Source of the DNA: Myxococcota bacterium
Lineage (GTDB): Bacteria > Myxococcota_A > UBA9160 > JAFDET01
NCBI GenBank assembly: GCA_028278065.1
Contig: JANQFA010000022.1
Span: 13,038-77,037, forward strand
Direction of reading: 5' to 3'
DNA: 64,000 nt
The notes beneath the pieces were generated by a model. It had not been told where the DNA came from, ran no database searches, and saw only the letters and a list, made by a program, of their open reading frames with translations. Both the position numbers and the translations under genes were made by a program. This document shows positions 61,063-64,000 of this stretch, piece after piece (positions within the stretch are counted from its first letter, which is position 1; each line of letters starts with the position of its first letter).

Positions 61063-62001
61063 TCAGCCGCCCTCCACCCGAAAGGCGATCGGCGCCATCG
61101 AGGCTTCCGACGCGTGGAGCGTCCCGGACGCCGGGTCGAGCACGAGGGCGAGGGCGCCGGAGGCGGCCTCCGAGGCGGCGCAGGCGACGTCTTCGGGGGT
61201 GGCACCCGCGGCTTCTCGGCAGGCCGCCACGATGGCGCCGGCTGCAGCGGAGGTGCCGCTCACGATGGCGCCGGCCGCAGCGGAGGTGCCGCTCACGATG
61301 GCGCCGTCCACGGGCTCGACGCGCTCGCGTCCGGCCGCCACGCAGTGGATGCCGCCGAGGGCGCCCCCGGCGTCGGCGGCGACGATGAGCGCCGCACCTC
61401 CCGTCGGGCGGCGCTCGCACCAGCTCAGTGCGCCCTCCACCGTCGAGAAGCGCTGCAGGCAGTCGCCCACCAGCACGAGGGGAGGAGCCTGGAAGCGTTC
61501 GTCCTCGGCAGCCGGCGCTTCGGGCTCGGAGACGGCCACCGCCAGACCGTCCGTGTTCACGCCGCATACAGAGGTCGGCAGCCACGCGGGGGCGGCGACG
61601 AGCGCCGCGATGCCGGCCTCGGGCTTGTCGAGCCGCAGCGCGGGGCGATCGGCCTCGCGGCCGCCCGGGAAGGTGCGCACCAGGAGCGGAGCATGTCCGT
61701 CCCGCGCGACGGCCAGGGCGAGTCCCGGGCCGGGCTCACGCGCCGCGCGCGCCAGGGCATCGATCAGCCCGCGTCGCGAGGCGCGGGCCGCCACGGCCAT
61801 CCCTCGCATGCGCTCGGCGAGCTGTGGATGGTGACACCAGAGGTCGCGGTCGAGACGCTCCAGATCGTCGCGAAGGCGCAGCCGGAACGCGTCGACGGCG
61901 CGGCTCGCGCCCACCTCGAAGCGGATCGGCCAGGCCAGCTCCAGACCCTGGGCGACGCCCAGGTCGCGGGGCACCCCCGCGCACTCCACCGGCATCTGCA
62001 C
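61063..62001 (-). CDS. Hypothetical protein, weak C45/AAT-type Ntn-hydrolase resemblance
   Basis: CGVNTDGLAVAV ... LVLVGDCLQRFSTVEGALSWCERRP...LIVAADAGGALGG resembles the C45 acyltransferase/hydrolase core. It contains an Ala-rich internal repeat. Confidence 0.35.
   Translation of the reverse strand: MQMPVECAGVPRDLGVAQGLELAWPIRFEVGASRAVDAFRLRLRDDLERLDRDLWCHHPQLAERMRGMAVAARASRRGLIDALARAAREPGPGLALAVARDGHAPLLVRTFPGGREADRPALRLDKPEAGIAALVAAPAWLPTSVCGVNTDGLAVAVSEPEAPAAEDERFQAPPLVLVGDCLQRFSTVEGALSWCERRPTGGAALIVAADAGGALGGIHCVAAGRERVEPVDGAIVSGTSAAAGAIVSGTSAAAGAIVAACREAAGATPEDVACAASEAASGALALVLDPASGTLHASEASMAPIAFRVEGG
61228..61306. repeat. 33-bp tandem repeat x2.4 (in frame, 11 aa GAIVSGTSAAA)
   Basis: Units at 61228-61260 and 61261-61293 differ by 1 nt. 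A partial third unit spans 61294-61306. Confidence 0.85.
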
Positions 62002-62005
62002 GCGC

Positions 62006-62851
62006 TCAGACCTCGTCGCGGGGCGCGTGGAGGAAGAGCACCTCGTTGAGCGAGCCGCTCCGATAGCCCTCGAGATCGAGCGCCACGTAGCGGAAGCCGA
62101 GCGGCTTGATGGCGGCCACGATCTTCGCGCTCGTGGCGGGATCGATTCCGTGCGCCAGCTCCGCGGGATCGATCTCGACCCGCGCCAGCTCGCCGTGATG
62201 GCGGAGGCGCACCTGGCGGAAGCCGAGCGCGCGGAGTGCGGCCTCTCCCGCCTCCACCTGGTCGAGCCGCTCGGGTGTCACCTCGGTTCCGTAGGGCAGT
62301 CGCGACGACAGGCAGGCCGACGCGGGCAGGTCCGCCGTGGGGAGCCCGGCATCGCGGGAGAGCGCGCGGATCTCCTCCTTGCCGAGCCGGGCCTCGAGGA
62401 AGGGGGAGAGCACCCGGTGCTCGCGTGCGGCCCGATGGCCCGGCCGGAAGTCGCCGGTGTCATCGACGTTGACCCCGTACGCGACCGCGTCGAAGCCGCT
62501 CTCCGCGGCGAGGCGGTCCAGCACGTCGAAGAGCTCGCTCTTGCAGTGGTAGCAGCGGTCCGGCGCGTTGGCGCGGTACTCCGGATTGTCCATCTCGCGC
62601 GTCTCGACGAAGCGATGCGGAATCCCGAAGTCGCGCACGATCCGCTCCGCCATCTCCCGGTGGCTGGCGGGATAGGAGGGCGAGACCGCCGTCACCGCCA
62701 GGGCACCTTCGCCGAGGGTGCGGTGCGCCGAGAGCGCCAGATAGCTCGAGTCCACCCCGCCCGAGAAGGCCACGATGACGCGCCCGGCGCGCCGCAGGCC
62801 ACTGGCGAGCTCCTCGTCTTTCCGCTGCAGTTCCGACGGGATGGGGGACAC
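62006..62851 (-). CDS. larE: ATP-dependent sacrificial sulfur transferase LarE (PP-loop ATP pyrophosphatase)
   Basis: GTG at 62851 within the over-long ORF 62006..63976. PP-loop AFSGGVDSS, CYHCK, and ASACLSSRLPYG containing the LarE-type Cys. Confidence 0.8.
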   Translation of the reverse strand: MSPIPSELQRKDEELASGLRRAGRVIVAFSGGVDSSYLALSAHRTLGEGALAVTAVSPSYPASHREMAERIVRDFGIPHRFVETREMDNPEYRANAPDRCYHCKSELFDVLDRLAAESGFDAVAYGVNVDDTGDFRPGHRAAREHRVLSPFLEARLGKEEIRALSRDAGLPTADLPASACLSSRLPYGTEVTPERLDQVEAGEAALRALGFRQVRLRHHGELARVEIDPAELAHGIDPATSAKIVAAIKPLGFRYVALDLEGYRSGSLNEVLFLHAPRDEV

Positions 62852-62932
62852 GGCGCGAGGGTACGGAGACCCCCTGGCACGGTCAAGCGGCCGCGTCCGG
62901 GGCAGACTATGATGGGCGCGAGGGGGGGACGC

Positions 62933-64000
62933 ATGTCCAAGCTGCGCGTGGGGCTGCTCTTCGGCGGGCGCTCCGTCGAGCACGAGGTGTCGATCGCCTC
63001 GGCGTCGTTCATCTTCAAGGCACTCGACCCCTCGCGCTACGAGGTCGTGCCCATCCTGGTCGGCCAGGACGGCCGCTGGCGGATCGGATCCGTCGGGACG
63101 ATCCCGGAGGAGATCGCGCGCGATGCGGGCAGTGCGCTTCCCGCGGAGGCGAGCACGTCCGCCATCGAGCGCGTCGGCGGCGGGACCGAGGGACGCCGCC
63201 CGGTCGACGTCATCTTTCCGATCATCCACGGAACGGGCGGCGAGGACGGTGCGCTGCAGGGCTTCCTCGAGCTGGCGGGCGTACCCTACGTGGGCGCCGG
63301 CGTGCTCGGCGCCGCGGTCACCATGGACAAGGACGTGACCAAGCGGCTTCTCCTCCAGGCGGGAATCCCGGTGGTTCCGTGGGTCGTGGTGCACGGACGC
63401 GATCTCGCGGATCCCGATGCGGTTCGCCAGCACGTCTTCCACGAGCTGGCACCCCCCGTGTTCGTGAAGCCGGCCAACCTGGGCTCCTCGGTGGGGACGC
63501 ACAAGGTGAGCCACGAGGAGGAGCTGCTCCCGGCGCTTCGCGACGCGGCGCGCTACGACGAGAAGATCCTCGTCGAGCGGGCCGTGGACGGACGCGAGAT
63601 CGAGGTCGCGGTGCTCGGCGACGCGGATGCCGAGGCATCCATCCCCGGAGAGATCCGTCCGCGCGGCGAGTTCTACGACTACGAATCCAAGTACGTGGAC
63701 GAGGACACCGAGCTCCTGGCCCCCGCGCCCCTCGAGCCGGAGCAGACCGAGCAGGTCCGCCGCCTCGCGATCGAGGCGTTCCGCATCTGCGAGGGATCGG
63801 GCATGGCGCGCGTGGACTTCTTTCTCGAACGCGGCACCGGACGCTTCTTCCTCAACGAGCTGAACAGCCTGCCCGGCTTCACCGAGGTGTCCATGTACCC
63901 GCGGCTCTGGGACGCGTCGGGACTCCCGTATCCGGCGCTCCTCGACCGGCTGGTCGAGCTCGCACTCGAACGCCACCGGCGGCGGGGCGCCCTCGAGACG
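62933..64000 (+). CDS. ddl: D-alanine--D-alanine ligase (3' end beyond window)
   Basis: Manual translation from the ATG at 62933 (after GAGGGGGGG) gives MSKLRVGLLFGGRSVEHEVSIASA...HGTGGEDGALQGFLELAGVPYVG...ARVDFFL...LNELNSLPGFT. It is not in the ORF track because no stop lies in the window. Confidence 0.9.
   Translation, partial: MSKLRVGLLFGGRSVEHEVSIASASFIFKALDPSRYEVVPILVGQDGRWRIGSVGTIPEEIARDAGSALPAEASTSAIERVGGGTEGRRPVDVIFPIIHGTGGEDGALQGFLELAGVPYVGAGVLGAAVTMDKDVTKRLLLQAGIPVVPWVVVHGRDLADPDAVRQHVFHELAPPVFVKPANLGSSVGTHKVSHEEELLPALRDAARYDEKILVERAVDGREIEVAVLGDADAEASIPGEIRPRGEFYDYESKYVDEDTELLAPAPLEPEQTEQVRRLAIEAFRICEGSGMARVDFFLERGTGRFFLNELNSLPGFTEVSMYPRLWDASGLPYPALLDRLVELALERHRRRGALET

Noticed and set aside
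62852-63976. Upstream 375 codons of minus-strand ORF 62006..63976, which would make a 656-aa LarE fusion.
   Set aside because: The region is fully explained by ddl on the plus strand. LarE homology begins at the GTG at 62851.

Overview
Very GC-rich bacterial chromosomal window (by eye; third codon positions are almost all G/C). It is densely packed with about 55 genes, mostly housekeeping, plus one tRNA. I saw no transposase, integrase, phage, CRISPR-Cas or recognisable defence genes. Many long ORFs in the track are antisense or alternate-frame artefacts of the GC content.

Gene content, left to right:
- mreB (partial), a ppiD-like gene, and a sigma-70 family factor.
- lexA followed by a translationally coupled queD-like/queD/folE set.
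- CIRCE-controlled groES-groEL.
- A pseudo-receiver/PilZ protein and a 69-aa histone-fold protein.
- larC-larB, with larE about 51 kb away.
- An amidohydrolase-2 gene plus two paralogous radical-SAM genes, next to Crp/Fnr and hemerythrin genes, then a CDP-alcohol phosphatidyltransferase fusion.
- mcp-cheW-cheY-cheA-cheC operon, thiL, lon, an LpoA-like lipoprotein.
- hemW-hrcA-grpE-dnaK-dnaJ, an M16 protease, ggt, cyclophilin, tRNA-Phe.
- A block of large secreted enzymes: an unknown 781-aa protein, a PhyH dioxygenase and two CehA/PHP-like proteins, around HIT, an orphan histidine kinase and a SplB-like radical-SAM gene.
- ilvE, a REC-DUF4388-J-domain-TPR protein, mtnA, an AsmA-like gene, gatCAB, a DEAD-box helicase, LOG, a C45-like protein, larE and ddl (partial).

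Most notable observations:
1. A bacterial histone-fold gene.
2. An uncharacterised amidohydrolase plus twin radical-SAM cluster with an upstream palindromic operator-like site.
3. cheA split exactly at an A7 slippery run that has dnaX-like flanking elements. This is either programmed frameshifting or a homopolymer assembly error.
4. A non-coding array of seven 34-35-bp tandem repeats in a divergent promoter region.
5. Several in-frame 33/39-bp tandem repeats inside genes.

No finding amounts to a demonstrably novel system from sequence alone. All functional calls rest on motif-level recognition without database searches.
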